Source: an uncultured Gammaproteobacteria bacterium
Lineage (GTDB): Bacteria > Patescibacteriota > Patescibacteriia > JAHIZJ01
DNA: 64,000 bases
Assembly: GCA_964594455.1 (NCBI GenBank)
Contig: CAZQLY010000006.1
Span: 8,629-72,628, forward strand
Direction: 5' to 3'
Under the pieces are notes generated by a model that made no database searches, was not told where the DNA came from, and saw nothing but the letters and a program-made list of their open reading frames with translations. The translations under genes were made by a program, and so were the position numbers. Positions 18,215 through 28,346 of this stretch are shown here, in pieces. The stretch's first letter is position 1; the number at the start of each line of letters is the position of its first letter.

Positions 18215-19506
18215 ATTTTTCCTTTGTGATTGTTAATTATATTGTCATAGGGATATTTGTACCCGATATTGAAACGATGGTTGCGGTTAAGATAGTAGTC
18301 AAACAACCTGAGATAGGCTAGCAGTGAGCTGGTAGTTAAAAAGTTTTTTCTAACATGTTCTTTAGCCTGTTGACCCAACCTCCGACGTAGCGGTCGGTTA
18401 TTCAATAATTTTAGGCAGGCTGTTGCCGCCTCAGAGTTGTTGTTTACCAGGATACCGGTTTTTCCATTTATGACTTGGAGAGGTATACCCCCCACCCTGG
18501 CGCCTACCACTGGAGTACCTTTCCAGAGAGCTTCAGCTATGGTCATAGCAAAACCCTCACGGAGAGATTTTTGCAATATGACATCAGCGCCGGTTTGAAC
18601 AGCATTAACCGTTAGATCGTTATTTGATGGATTCAATAGAACTGTGATGTTGGAATGAGGTTTGGTTCGTTTTATAACTTCTCGATATATAGCCGGCCCT
18701 TCTGGATCATCTATTGCCATATTGCCCAGCAGTATCAACTGGCATTTCTTCTGACGACTGACTTGCTCGAAGACTTTTACTACTCCGAGCGGGTCTTTCC
18801 ATTTATCAAACCGAGAAACCTGAGCGATTATAGGTGTATTCAATTTGATTTTGTGTGAATGCAGAATTGAGGCAACCTCTTTTCGGGACAACGGGAGATT
18901 TTTTTCAGCCAGAGGATCAACTAGTGGAGCGATTAGTACTTGTTTAATATTTAAGGACTTTTGATAATAGGTTGGCGAAGTGATCACCATGGCATCATAT
19001 TGTTCTATAGATGGCTTCAAATAATTTAATAATTTTTTGTCAGGTCGGCTTAAATCTATATGACAGCGCCAAATCCAAGGCACTCTTTTTTTATAAAAAT
19101 TAATCAAGGCTAATGGCTGGGGATCATGGATGACTACCAAGTCGTTTCTTTCTAGATGTGTGTTCAAGGCGTTATTAAAATTTGTTTGCTCGTAAAGCCT
19201 TTTCTTTTTGTTGTTGAGCTTGATGTCAGCACCTTGGAGAGCGTTATGAAACTCTTTAGTGACCTGAAAGAAGTTGTCGGAGCCTTTTAAAATATGCCAC
19301 TCAACCTCCAAACCCAGAGAATTTAATAAAATAATAATTGAGTTCAAGATCTCAGCCACGCCGCCTCCAGCTGGAGTCGAATTGACCATGGCAATTCTTT
19401 CTCCGATCAGCTGTGAAGACAGGAGTTTAATCTCTGAGATAGTTTTTTTGTCAACGAACGGTTGGTAATCGTCAATCGTACGACACTCTAGTCCTTGATG
19501 AGGCAT
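18211..19506 (-). CDS. GT4 glycosyltransferase, TreT-like (trehalose glycosyltransferring synthase-like)
   Basis: N-terminal VNSTPAGGGVAEIL...FFQVTKEFHNALQG resembles the TreT N-terminus. C-terminal GT4 motif (GIPLQVINGKTGILV). Confidence 0.55.
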   Translation of the reverse strand: MPHQGLECRTIDDYQPFVDKKTISEIKLLSSQLIGERIAMVNSTPAGGGVAEILNSIIILLNSLGLEVEWHILKGSDNFFQVTKEFHNALQGADIKLNNKKKRLYEQTNFNNALNTHLERNDLVVIHDPQPLALINFYKKRVPWIWRCHIDLSRPDKKLLNYLKPSIEQYDAMVITSPTYYQKSLNIKQVLIAPLVDPLAEKNLPLSRKEVASILHSHKIKLNTPIIAQVSRFDKWKDPLGVVKVFEQVSRQKKCQLILLGNMAIDDPEGPAIYREVIKRTKPHSNITVLLNPSNNDLTVNAVQTGADVILQKSLREGFAMTIAEALWKGTPVVGARVGGIPLQVINGKTGILVNNNSEAATACLKLLNNRPLRRRLGQQAKEHVRKNFLTTSSLLAYLRLFDYYLNRNHRFNIGYKYPYDNIINNHKGKI

Positions 19507-19544
19507 AAAAAGTTTTTTATTTGTTATAACTCTATTCTACTTGT

Positions 19545-20516
19545 TTATGCCGTTTGTCTCAAGAATTTCTCAACTATTTTTTTGGCTTCGTTAGAATTTT
19601 TTACTGCCATTAGCTTAATTCGTAGTTCTTTGGCCTCAGGAAAGCCGGCGGCGTAGGCTTTGAAATGCTTTTTCATCACGTCAAAGTTCTTTTTATTTTT
19701 GTATAATTTCTCAAAAAGCTTAGCATGTTCGAGCATTACTTTAAGCTGTTTTTCTATAGGCAGATCATCTTTATTAGTTTTGGGATTAAAGAGCCAAGGG
19801 TTGCCAAATATACCTCGTCCAATCATTACTCCGTCTACGTTATATTTGGTAACATGCTTTTTTGCCTCGGGTAAGGAATTAACATCGCCGTTTCCGATTA
19901 TCAAAGCCTGGCTTTTCATCTGATTGCGTATCTTCACAGCCTGGTGTATGGATTTCCAATCGGCCGGTACTTTTGACATCTGCTTTCTGGTGCGGCCATG
20001 AATAGTAATAGCAGCTGGTTCGGTGTTCAACAGAGTTTTAATCCATTCACTAATAATATTGGTATTGTAGCCTAGGCGGGTTTTGACTGAGATTGGCAGT
20101 GTGCCGGCTCCGCGTTTGGTAGCCAAAATGATTTCCTGAGCCAGTTCTGGTTCGCGGAGCAGAGCCACTCCACCGCCTTGCTTAACTACATTTTTTTCCG
20201 GACAACCCATATTGATGTCTATGCCGTCAAAATTCAGCGACTGAAGTAACTGAGCTGTTTTATAAAACTGCTCTGGTTTTGTGCCCCAGATTTGAGCAAT
20301 GATCGGCTTTTCTTTTTTTGTATAATATAAATCTTCGATAACCTTTTTCTTTCCTGCAGAACACAACCCAGCCACGGAAATAAACTCAGTAAAGAATAAA
20401 TCGGGCTGGCCATACTTGGCTATGATTTGCCGAAAAGCCGAATCAGTCACATCTGACATCGGCGCCAGGCAATAAATAGGTTTATTTAATTGTTTCCAAA
20501 TGTTTTTCTTTTTCAT
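19545..20516 (-). CDS. tRNA-dihydrouridine synthase
   Basis: LAPMSDVTDSAFRQI Dus signature and TIM-barrel FMN motifs. Start set at the internal Met. Confidence 0.85.
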   Translation of the reverse strand: MKKKNIWKQLNKPIYCLAPMSDVTDSAFRQIIAKYGQPDLFFTEFISVAGLCSAGKKKVIEDLYYTKKEKPIIAQIWGTKPEQFYKTAQLLQSLNFDGIDINMGCPEKNVVKQGGGVALLREPELAQEIILATKRGAGTLPISVKTRLGYNTNIISEWIKTLLNTEPAAITIHGRTRKQMSKVPADWKSIHQAVKIRNQMKSQALIIGNGDVNSLPEAKKHVTKYNVDGVMIGRGIFGNPWLFNPKTNKDDLPIEKQLKVMLEHAKLFEKLYKNKKNFDVMKKHFKAYAAGFPEAKELRIKLMAVKNSNEAKKIVEKFLRQTA

Positions 20517-20526
20517 AAGAGAAGTA

Positions 20527-20555
20527 TTGACAAAATGTAAGAAAGGTGCTAATAT
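20527..20555 (+). promoter_or_regulatory. Sigma70-like promoter TTGACA-17-TAATAT facing the GC-rich ORF
   Basis: TTGACA 20527-20532, 17-nt spacer, TAATAT 20550-20555. Confidence 0.35.
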
Positions 20556-20674
20556 GCCTTGTTTTCGCGGTCTCATGATGTGCGAGGACAAGCCCTTTCC
20601 TAAAGTGCAGTAAGCCTTAAATTCTCGAAATACGGGAGTAAGAGGCAGGCTGTCAAAGAGGAGGCTAAAAAGCC

Positions 20675-21298
20675 ATGAGTAGGAAGATTGACGTTGATCT
20701 GCGGGACGGTCTGGCTATCTACAGCCGCTTTGGTCAGGTTATCAGAGCGTTGGTGGACGGTCTCAAGAAGCGCGGCGGTACTCTCGACGATCTCTGGAAG
20801 GTTTTCAGGTCACAGGAAGCCCTGAACCAGATTCTGGACATTCTCAGATCGGTTGACATCAACCTGATCTCTCTGCGCATCAACTGGTCGGACGAGCCCT
20901 GGAATATCGTCACGCGGAGCGTGCTGAACAACGCGGTGGCCGGCAACTTCGTTAATATCCCGGATGGCGAGTATCTAGAAGGTGTATCGGAACATCGGTA
21001 TATGCTGGTCGATCCACCGAAGCACCCGTTGCCGTTATCCGATCTCATTGATTGGTGTCAAATGAACAGTTATGTTCCGGCTACAGCGCTGGAGCTGTTC
21101 AATCTCGTTCTCCAGAATGAGACTATTGAAGAACGTTTTCGTGGCTGGAAGATCCTGGCGATTGTTGCCCATGGGACCGGCACAGATTACTACGGCAAGT
21201 GTCCCTATGTCTGCTTTGGCGATCGCTGGACCGTCGGTTATCATGATACCACGGCCAGGTCGACAACCCCGCCCAAGATCCTAGTTCGAGTCTCCTAG
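20675..21298 (+). CDS. Hypothetical protein (207 aa) in a GC-rich island, no recognisable domain
   Basis: GC about 55-58 % against an about 40 % background. SD GAGGAGG 10 nt upstream of ATG. Hairpin terminator downstream. Several shadow ORFs overlap. Confidence 0.55.
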   Translation: MSRKIDVDLRDGLAIYSRFGQVIRALVDGLKKRGGTLDDLWKVFRSQEALNQILDILRSVDINLISLRINWSDEPWNIVTRSVLNNAVAGNFVNIPDGEYLEGVSEHRYMLVDPPKHPLPLSDLIDWCQMNSYVPATALELFNLVLQNETIEERFRGWKILAIVAHGTGTDYYGKCPYVCFGDRWTVGYHDTTARSTTPPKILVRVS

Positions 21299-21317
21299 CG
21301 CCAATGCGCAACCTTCG

Positions 21318-21357
21318 GGCCGGTGAGTCACCTTGACTTGCCGGCCTCTTTTTTTAT
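21318..21357 (+). terminator. Hairpin (GGCCGG...CCGGCC) plus T9 terminator after the GC-rich ORF
   Basis: Stem 21318-21346, T-run 21348-21356. Overlaps the 3' end of the convergent sufU-like gene. Confidence 0.5.
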
Positions 21358-21699
21358 TGTATAGAGCGGAAGAGTGGCGCATTTATGACGGACAGGGGAA
21401 AGTTTTACGTTTAATTTTTTAACCAACTCCTCGCTGTTTATCTTTTTGGCCTGTTCCATGGTTTTGCCTTTTATCATTTCAGAAAATATAGAAGCCCCGG
21501 CCTGGGAGATAGCACAGCCCGCACCCTCCCAAGTGGCTTTCTTTATTCGTTTTTGCTTGTCCAGTGATACGTAAATAGTAAGCTGATCACCGCAGGAATA
21601 ATTAGCGCCCTTGAAGGTTTTCGAGGCGTTCTTAAGCCGGCCTTTATTCAAGGGCTGGCGGAAATGTTTCATTATTTCTAGATTGTAGGCGCTGACCAT
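21328..21699 (-). CDS. SufU/NifU-like Fe-S cluster scaffold protein
   Basis: CGD, GCAIS and HKCATLP cysteine motifs, 123 aa. Confidence 0.8.
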   Translation of the reverse strand: MVSAYNLEIMKHFRQPLNKGRLKNASKTFKGANYSCGDQLTIYVSLDKQKRIKKATWEGAGCAISQAGASIFSEMIKGKTMEQAKKINSEELVKKLNVKLSPVRHKCATLPLYTIKKEAGKSR

Positions 21700-22898
21700 T
21701 GTTGGATAATAGTTTTTAAAGACTTGATAAAGTAGTCTATTTCTTTTTTATTGTTGTAGATATAGAAGCTGAGGCGAGCCGTGGCCGGAGTTTTTAAAAC
21801 TTTGTGCAAGGGCTGAGCACAATGATTGCCCGCCCTAATGGCAATACCATAATTATCCAGCAAAGCGGCAATATCATGAGGATGAATGTTTTTGACAGTA
21901 AAACTGATAACACCTATACGGTCTTTGGGGGTCGGACCGTAAATAGTCACCTCTGGTATCCGCGACAGTTTTTTATAGGCGTAGGCGGTTAATTCCTGTT
22001 CGTGAGCCTTTATTTTGTTTAAGCCGATTTTTTTTAAGTAGACAATAGCTGCTCCTAGGCCCACTGCTTGAGCCATGGGTTGAGTTCCAGCTTCGAATTT
22101 CCAGGGCGGAGTATCAAATGTAGCTTTTTGTTTGGTTACGCTCTCGATCATGTCTCCGCCGGTTTGATAAGGGCGCATTTCTTTCAGCCGAGCGTCATTG
22201 GCGTATAGTATGCCCAGCCCGGTCGGGCCTAGCATCTTATGACTGGAAAAAGCCAGAAAGTCTGGTTTTAGTTTGCCAACATTTAAGGGGAGGTGGGGGG
22301 CGCTCTGAGCCGCGTCTATGAGTACTGGGATTCGTTTCTGATGCGCCAGCTTGATGATTTTTTCTATAGGATTAATCGTACCCAATACGTTTGAAACGTG
22401 GGTTAAGGACAATAATTTTACGCCTTGAAGCAGTTTTGATATGCCAGTCGTTACTAACTTTCCGTTATGATCTATGGGCCAATATTTCAGCCTAAGCTTT
22501 TTTTCTTGAGCTAGCATCTGCCAGGGAACAATGTTGGCGTGGTGTTCCATTTCAGTTATCAAAATTGTATCGCCCGGGTTTAAACTAAACTTGGCCCAGG
22601 CCTGAGCCACCAGGTTGATACTTTCCGTGGCTCCCTTGGTAAAGATAATGTTTTTTGAATCAGCTGCGTTGATAAATTGGGCTACTTGTTCGCGCGCTCC
22701 CTCGTATTTTTGATTGGCAATATTAGCCAGCTCATACATGCCGCGGTGGATATTAGCATTTGTTTTCTCATACCAGTTGGTCGTTGCCTGGATGACCGCT
22801 TGCGGCTTCTGGCTGGTGGAAGCAGAGTCAAAATAAATCAAAGGCTTGCCAGAGGGTCGGTATTTTTTGAAAATGGGAAAATCTTTTTTGTAATCCAT
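21678..22898 (-). CDS. sufS: Cysteine desulfurase (class V aminotransferase)
   Basis: PLP-lysine region SSHKMLGPTGLGILY, 406 aa, in the suf operon. Confidence 0.85.
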   Translation of the reverse strand: MDYKKDFPIFKKYRPSGKPLIYFDSASTSQKPQAVIQATTNWYEKTNANIHRGMYELANIANQKYEGAREQVAQFINAADSKNIIFTKGATESINLVAQAWAKFSLNPGDTILITEMEHHANIVPWQMLAQEKKLRLKYWPIDHNGKLVTTGISKLLQGVKLLSLTHVSNVLGTINPIEKIIKLAHQKRIPVLIDAAQSAPHLPLNVGKLKPDFLAFSSHKMLGPTGLGILYANDARLKEMRPYQTGGDMIESVTKQKATFDTPPWKFEAGTQPMAQAVGLGAAIVYLKKIGLNKIKAHEQELTAYAYKKLSRIPEVTIYGPTPKDRIGVISFTVKNIHPHDIAALLDNYGIAIRAGNHCAQPLHKVLKTPATARLSFYIYNNKKEIDYFIKSLKTIIQQWSAPTI

Positions 22899-22902
22899 GA
22901 TC

Positions 22903-23598
22903 TTACATTAAACTTTTGAACTTTTCCCTTACAGCCAGGTTTGGGATTTGTTCTAGTAGGCTATTGATAAATCCTTTGACTAATAATTTCTCTGCTAGAC
23001 TTCGATCCAGTCCGCGGGAGTTCAAGTAGTAAATTAATTCTTTAGGCAGTTGGCCGACCGTGGCACTATGAGAAGCTTTGACATTATGGTTTAATATTTC
23101 CAATACTGGATCAGCTTCAGATTTTGCCTCAGGGGAAAGCAGAAGTATGTTTTCTGTTAGGTATGATTCTGTATTTTTAGCCGAAGCCTCTATTCTGATC
23201 AAGCCCGGTATGTTCAGTTTAGCACCATCTCGGACAATTCCTTTACCGAGGATGTCGCCTTTTGTTTTGGGAGCAGTATGGATATTGGTAAGTTTGAGAT
23301 TAACGATTGCGTTTTGCTTGGCTTCTACCAAGGCATAGATATTTGATTCAGTCAGGGGACGAGAGCAGTTTACCGTAAATGAACCTTGGAATAAATTTGA
23401 TATCTTTCCATAAAGATACAGATTAAACTTGGAGTTTGTTTCGATATTAAACTTAATATTAGGCTGAGCATTATCTTTGTCTGAGAATTCTATTAATAAA
23501 TCTGTCTGACTGTTAGCTTTAATAGATTTTTTTTTAAACTCTTTAAGCCGTTTAAATGAAGGTTTATCTGATAAATTGTTTAATTCAAAGATTTTCAT
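22903..23598 (-). CDS. sufD: Fe-S assembly protein SufD (short form)
   Basis: C-terminal LIYYLNSRGL...AEKLLVKGF SufB/D motif, 231 aa. Confidence 0.65.
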   Translation of the reverse strand: MKIFELNNLSDKPSFKRLKEFKKKSIKANSQTDLLIEFSDKDNAQPNIKFNIETNSKFNLYLYGKISNLFQGSFTVNCSRPLTESNIYALVEAKQNAIVNLKLTNIHTAPKTKGDILGKGIVRDGAKLNIPGLIRIEASAKNTESYLTENILLLSPEAKSEADPVLEILNHNVKASHSATVGQLPKELIYYLNSRGLDRSLAEKLLVKGFINSLLEQIPNLAVREKFKSLM

Positions 23599-23603
23599 AA
23601 AAA

Positions 23604-24983
23604 CTATCCTATTGATCCAGACATTTCTAAATCAATCAGCCGGTTTAATTCCACGGCGTATTCCATGGGCAGTTGTTTGGTAAACATATCCAGATAGCCC
23701 ACTACAATCATGCGTTCTGCTTCAGCCCGGCTTAGCCCGCGTGACTCCAAGTAGTAAAGCTGTTCCTCGCTAATTTTCGACACTGTAGCCTCATGCTCCA
23801 TTGAGGTGGTGTTGTTGCTAATTTTCATCGTTGGATAAGTATCAGAGCGGGAGCGGTTGTCCAGCAGCAAGGCATCACACTGAACTTTGATTTTACAATT
23901 GCTAGCCGGTTTAGTTACTTGGACCAAGCCGCGAAACGAACCGCGGCCGCCGTATTTGCTTATCGACTTCGAAATTATTCGAGATGAAGTATTGGGAGCG
24001 GTATGAATTACTTTGGCTCCGGCATCTTGATGTTGACCCTTGGTTGATACAGCAATTGATAAAATATCAGCTCTAGCTCCCTCGCCATTTAAAATCACTG
24101 CCGGATATTTCATGGTTGTCTTGGAACCAAGATTTCCGTCAATCCATTCCACCAGAGCGCCTTCGTGAGCGATCGCCCTTTTGGTAACTAAATTATAAAC
24201 ATTTTTAGACCAGTTCTGGATAGTGGTGTAACGGACTTTAGAATGCGGCCGGGCGACTATTTCCACTACTGCAGTGTGAAGGGAGTGTTGTGAGTATTGG
24301 GGGGCCGTACAGCCTTCAATATAATGAACTGAGGATCCTTCGTCAGCAATGATTAACGTTCTCTCAAACTGTCCAACAGACGGAGAATTAATTCTGAAAT
24401 AAGTCTGCAAAGGCATTTTTACCTGCACGCCTTTGGGTATATAGATAAATGATCCCCCAGACCAGACAGCCGTATTTAAAGCAGCAAATTTGTTATTAGT
24501 AAAAGGCACCACGCTGCCGAAATATTTTTTCATTAAATCAGGATAAAGCCGGGGTGCTTCTGACATGTCACAGAAGACTACTCCTTGTTTAGTCCACTTA
24601 TCCTTGAGATTATGATAAATCATTTCTGATTCATACTGAGCGCCGGCACCGGCCAAAAATTTTCTTTCAGCCTTTGGTATACCCAGCTTTTCAAAAGTGT
24701 TTCTAATGTTATAGGGTACTTTTTTCCAGGATACCGGTCTGTTATTCAAAGGTTTTAGATAATAGGTTAAGTCTTTGAAATTGATTTTTGAAAGATCAGC
24801 TCCCCAAGACGGCATAGCTTTTGCCTTGAATGCGTTAAAGGCCCTTAGACGACGTTCCAGCATCCAGGCGGGTTCATGTTTTTGCCGGGAGATTTCCTTA
24901 ACTACTTGAGCATTTATGCCGGGAGCAGTTTTAAATATATATTTTGCTTGAGACTTGTTTTTTGGCATTATTTTTTCAACCAA
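23604..24983 (-). CDS. sufB: Fe-S assembly protein SufB
   Basis: 459 aa, C-terminal EEQLYYLESRGLSRAEAERMIVVGY. Confidence 0.85.
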   Translation of the reverse strand: MVEKIMPKNKSQAKYIFKTAPGINAQVVKEISRQKHEPAWMLERRLRAFNAFKAKAMPSWGADLSKINFKDLTYYLKPLNNRPVSWKKVPYNIRNTFEKLGIPKAERKFLAGAGAQYESEMIYHNLKDKWTKQGVVFCDMSEAPRLYPDLMKKYFGSVVPFTNNKFAALNTAVWSGGSFIYIPKGVQVKMPLQTYFRINSPSVGQFERTLIIADEGSSVHYIEGCTAPQYSQHSLHTAVVEIVARPHSKVRYTTIQNWSKNVYNLVTKRAIAHEGALVEWIDGNLGSKTTMKYPAVILNGEGARADILSIAVSTKGQHQDAGAKVIHTAPNTSSRIISKSISKYGGRGSFRGLVQVTKPASNCKIKVQCDALLLDNRSRSDTYPTMKISNNTTSMEHEATVSKISEEQLYYLESRGLSRAEAERMIVVGYLDMFTKQLPMEYAVELNRLIDLEMSGSIG

Positions 24984-25717
24984 TCATAACCACGTTTCTC
25001 CAGGTCTTTTACTAAACTTGCCGAACCGGATTTTACTATCTGGCCGTTCATTATGACGTGGACTTTGTCGGGTTTAATATAGTTTAATAATCTTTGATAG
25101 TGAGTAATGATCAAGAAGCCTCGGTCTTTAGAGCGCAGGGCTTGGATGGTTTTGGCTATTAGTTTCATAGCATCGATATCAAGGCCGGAATCAATTTCGT
25201 CCAGCACGACCATCTTTGGCTGCAGGACCATTAGTTGAAGCATTTCAGTTTTTTTCTTTTCCCCTCCAGAAAAACCTTCGTTAACAGAACGCTCCAGAAA
25301 TTTATCCGAAAGCTTCAATAATTTGAGTGCCTTTTGGATGTTTTGATCAAACTGCTTCTGAGCATCTTTTGATTTATATGTGGCCTGATGGGCGGTCAAA
25401 AGGAACTCAAATAGATTAACTCCGGGTAGTTCTACCGGATGTTGAAAACTTAGAAACAATCCTAGTTGTGCCCGTTGAGAAACATCAAGTTTTAAGATAC
25501 TTTTTTTCTGCCAGGTTATTGTTCCGCCAAAGACTTGATAGTCAGGATGCCCCATAAGAATATTGGCCAGAGTTGATTTGCCTGAGCCATTGGGACCCAT
25601 CAGGGCTGTTACTTTACCCGGAGGGATAATCAAATCGGTTCCTTTGAGAATTTTTTTATTATGTATTCCGGCCCTCAGACCGTTGATAACAAGATTATTC
25701 GTTAAAGTTCGAGCCAT
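24968..25717 (-). CDS. sufC: Fe-S assembly ATPase SufC
   Basis: Walker A GPNGSGKST, ABC signature, 249 aa. Confidence 0.9.
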   Translation of the reverse strand: MARTLTNNLVINGLRAGIHNKKILKGTDLIIPPGKVTALMGPNGSGKSTLANILMGHPDYQVFGGTITWQKKSILKLDVSQRAQLGLFLSFQHPVELPGVNLFEFLLTAHQATYKSKDAQKQFDQNIQKALKLLKLSDKFLERSVNEGFSGGEKKKTEMLQLMVLQPKMVVLDEIDSGLDIDAMKLIAKTIQALRSKDRGFLIITHYQRLLNYIKPDKVHVIMNGQIVKSGSASLVKDLEKRGYDWLKK

Positions 25718-25721
25718 ATTT

Positions 25722-26135
25722 TTAGATTAATTGTGACAATTTAATTTTTGAAAGCGCTTTATCTAACTCTGCCTGTACTTTTTGCCAGGCGACTTTTGAG
25801 GGGCAACGTTTTTCCAAAGGACAACGAACCTGCCCATCATTTAAGCAATCAATCACCCTGCTTTTGTCCGTCAAAATATCCAAGACATCTTTAAGTGATA
25901 CCAGCTTGGGATCTTTTTTAATAATGTAACCACCACTTCTGCCCCGAGTGCTTTTTACCAGACCAGACTTTCTAAATGGGCGGACTAATTGTTCCAGGAA
26001 TTTAACAGAAATATTCTCGTGTCGACTGATTTCGGCCAGAGTAATGGGTTTTTTTGAGCGGTAGGTTTGACTCAGCCAGATGGCCAGACGTAGGCCGTAG
26101 TGCTCTTTGGCTGAGATTTTGCCAAAATAAGACAT
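25722..26135 (-). CDS. Rrf2-family (IscR-like) transcriptional regulator
   Basis: N-terminal wHTH and C-terminal Cys-rich segment CLNDGQVRCPLEKRC. Heads the suf operon. Confidence 0.75.
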   Translation of the reverse strand: MSYFGKISAKEHYGLRLAIWLSQTYRSKKPITLAEISRHENISVKFLEQLVRPFRKSGLVKSTRGRSGGYIIKKDPKLVSLKDVLDILTDKSRVIDCLNDGQVRCPLEKRCPSKVAWQKVQAELDKALSKIKLSQLI

Positions 26136-26245
26136 AGTATAATCATAGTTAATTACTAGGAAATTATAGAATAGCCAGAATAATTTGTCAAAGGTGGTTT
26201 TCTTATTGATAAATATGGGATATAATAACTTAGGATAATAAAACT

Positions 26246-27502
26246 ATGGAGCATTTAATAAAAGCAGACAAAGAGGTCGCTCGGGCGATCCAAGGAGAGC
26301 TTAAACGCCAGCGTGAAGGTTTAGAATTAATACCATCTGAGAACTTTCCTTCATTGGCCGTGTTAGAAGCATTGGGCTCGGTTTTTAACAATAAATACTC
26401 AGAAGGCTATCCGGGAAATCGGTATTATGGCGGAACGGAATTTGTTGACCGAGTAGAACAACTAGCCATTAATAGAGCCAAAAAGCTGTTTAACGCCCAG
26501 CACGCCAATGTTCAGCCTTTATCAGGAGCCCCGGCCAACATAGCTGTTTATTCAGCCTTTTTGGAGCCTGGAGACACTGTTTTGGGAATGGATTTGTCTC
26601 ACGGTGGCCATTTAACTCACGGCCATCCCGTTACCTGGATGTCCAAGATATTTAGGTTTGAAAGATATCAAACAACCGATGAGGGCTTAATCGATTATGA
26701 TCAATTACATAATTTAGCCAAACAACACCAGCCGAAAATGATCTTGGTCGGTTATTCAGCTTATTCACGGGATATTGATTATCAGAGAATTAAAGAAATA
26801 GCTGAAGAAGTAGGGGCATTGACTATGGCTGATGTTGCCCATATCGCTGGTTTGATCGCGGCTGGAGAAATGAATAATCCGGTTCCAATTTTTGATGTTG
26901 TAACTACGACTACTCATAAAACCCTGCGTGGCCCCAGAGGCGGTATGATCTTATGCAAAAAGATTCATGCCAAGAAGATTGATAAAGCTGTTTTTCCGGG
27001 TTTCCAGGGCGGACCGCACGAACACGCTATTGCTGCTACAGCTGTAGCTTTAGGCGAGGCCAGCCGTCCAGAATTCAAAGAATACGCCCAACAGATAATT
27101 AAGAACACCAAAGAGCTGTGCGAAGCTTTAAAGAAAGGTGGTTTGAGAATAATGTTTGGAGGAACAGATAATCATTTGATTTTGGCTGACGTTTCTTCGT
27201 TTGATCTTTCTGGCAAACAAGCTCAGGAATTGCTGGACAGCGTGCATATTACAGTTAATAAAAACATGATACCGAACGACCCGCGTAAACCCATGGACCC
27301 TTCGGGCATACGTTTAGGCACGCCCGCCATCACAACCCGAGGCATGAAAGAAAAAGATATGAAGAAGATAGGGCAATCAATTATTAAGTTGTTAAAACAA
27401 CCGACCTCTGACACCGTTAAGTCCGAAATAAGGTTCGTGGTAAAGGAATTAACGGACAAATATCCTCTTTATCCCGAATTGCAGGTACATGAAATTGATT
27501 GA
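26246..27502 (+). CDS. glyA: Serine hydroxymethyltransferase
   Basis: SHMT signature (TTTTHKTLRGPRGG). Confidence 0.95.
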   Translation: MEHLIKADKEVARAIQGELKRQREGLELIPSENFPSLAVLEALGSVFNNKYSEGYPGNRYYGGTEFVDRVEQLAINRAKKLFNAQHANVQPLSGAPANIAVYSAFLEPGDTVLGMDLSHGGHLTHGHPVTWMSKIFRFERYQTTDEGLIDYDQLHNLAKQHQPKMILVGYSAYSRDIDYQRIKEIAEEVGALTMADVAHIAGLIAAGEMNNPVPIFDVVTTTTHKTLRGPRGGMILCKKIHAKKIDKAVFPGFQGGPHEHAIAATAVALGEASRPEFKEYAQQIIKNTKELCEALKKGGLRIMFGGTDNHLILADVSSFDLSGKQAQELLDSVHITVNKNMIPNDPRKPMDPSGIRLGTPAITTRGMKEKDMKKIGQSIIKLLKQPTSDTVKSEIRFVVKELTDKYPLYPELQVHEID

Positions 27503-28304
27503 TGGTAGAAAAATTTCCAAGAAAATATTAAGTGATATAAAAGACGAGGTTACCCGATTAAAAAAGCAGCCTGGTTTGGCTATTATTTTGGTTGGAAATG
27601 ATTCCGCTTCAGAACTATATGTAAGGATAAAAGAACAAGCCTGCCGAGAGGTAAATATATATTTCGAGAAATATAGTTTTGCCGCCACGACTACTGAAGA
27701 GAGCGTGATAAATAAGATCAAGGAATTAAATGAGCGAAAAGATATTCACGGTGTTGTCGTCCAGCTGCCTTTGCCGGATCCTCTAAACGAAGACAAAATC
27801 ATATCGGCTATAGATCCAGCCAAAGATGTTGACGGCTTCCATCCTGATAATGCTCAAAAACTGCTTATTGGCGAACCTGATTTTATTCCAGCCCTGGTTC
27901 AAAGCGTGATGTCGTTATTAAGGGCTACGGAACTAACCTTGTCTGGTAAAACAGCCTTGGTAGTAGCTAATAGTCGTGTGTTCTATAACTTTTTGGCCCA
28001 GCTATTTCAGCTGGAGGGTATAAAATCTAAGTTTGCCACACCAGACAAAGCCGATCAGTATTCCAAGGAAGCTGATATATTAGTTGTGGCTGTGGGCCGG
28101 CCAGGATTTATAACAGCTAGCAAGATAAAGCCGGGGGCGGTAGTAATAGATATTGGTATTAACCAGACATCCGATGGAGTAGTGGGAGACGTGGATCAAA
28201 AATCGTTAGAAAAAATAGCGGGGTATCTGACCCCGGTGCCTGGCGGAGTCGGTCCAGTAACGGTGGCTTCATTGCTGATGAATACTCTCAAGGCAGTAAA
28301 ATAA
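27489..28304 (+). CDS. folD: Bifunctional methylene-THF dehydrogenase / methenyl-THF cyclohydrolase
   Basis: FolD catalytic and NAD(P)-binding domains, 271 aa. Confidence 0.9.
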   Translation: MKLIDGRKISKKILSDIKDEVTRLKKQPGLAIILVGNDSASELYVRIKEQACREVNIYFEKYSFAATTTEESVINKIKELNERKDIHGVVVQLPLPDPLNEDKIISAIDPAKDVDGFHPDNAQKLLIGEPDFIPALVQSVMSLLRATELTLSGKTALVVANSRVFYNFLAQLFQLEGIKSKFATPDKADQYSKEADILVVAVGRPGFITASKIKPGAVVIDIGINQTSDGVVGDVDQKSLEKIAGYLTPVPGGVGPVTVASLLMNTLKAVK

Positions 28305-28346
28305 AAAAAACCACCCGCGAATACAGCGAGTGATTTTTTATTTATG

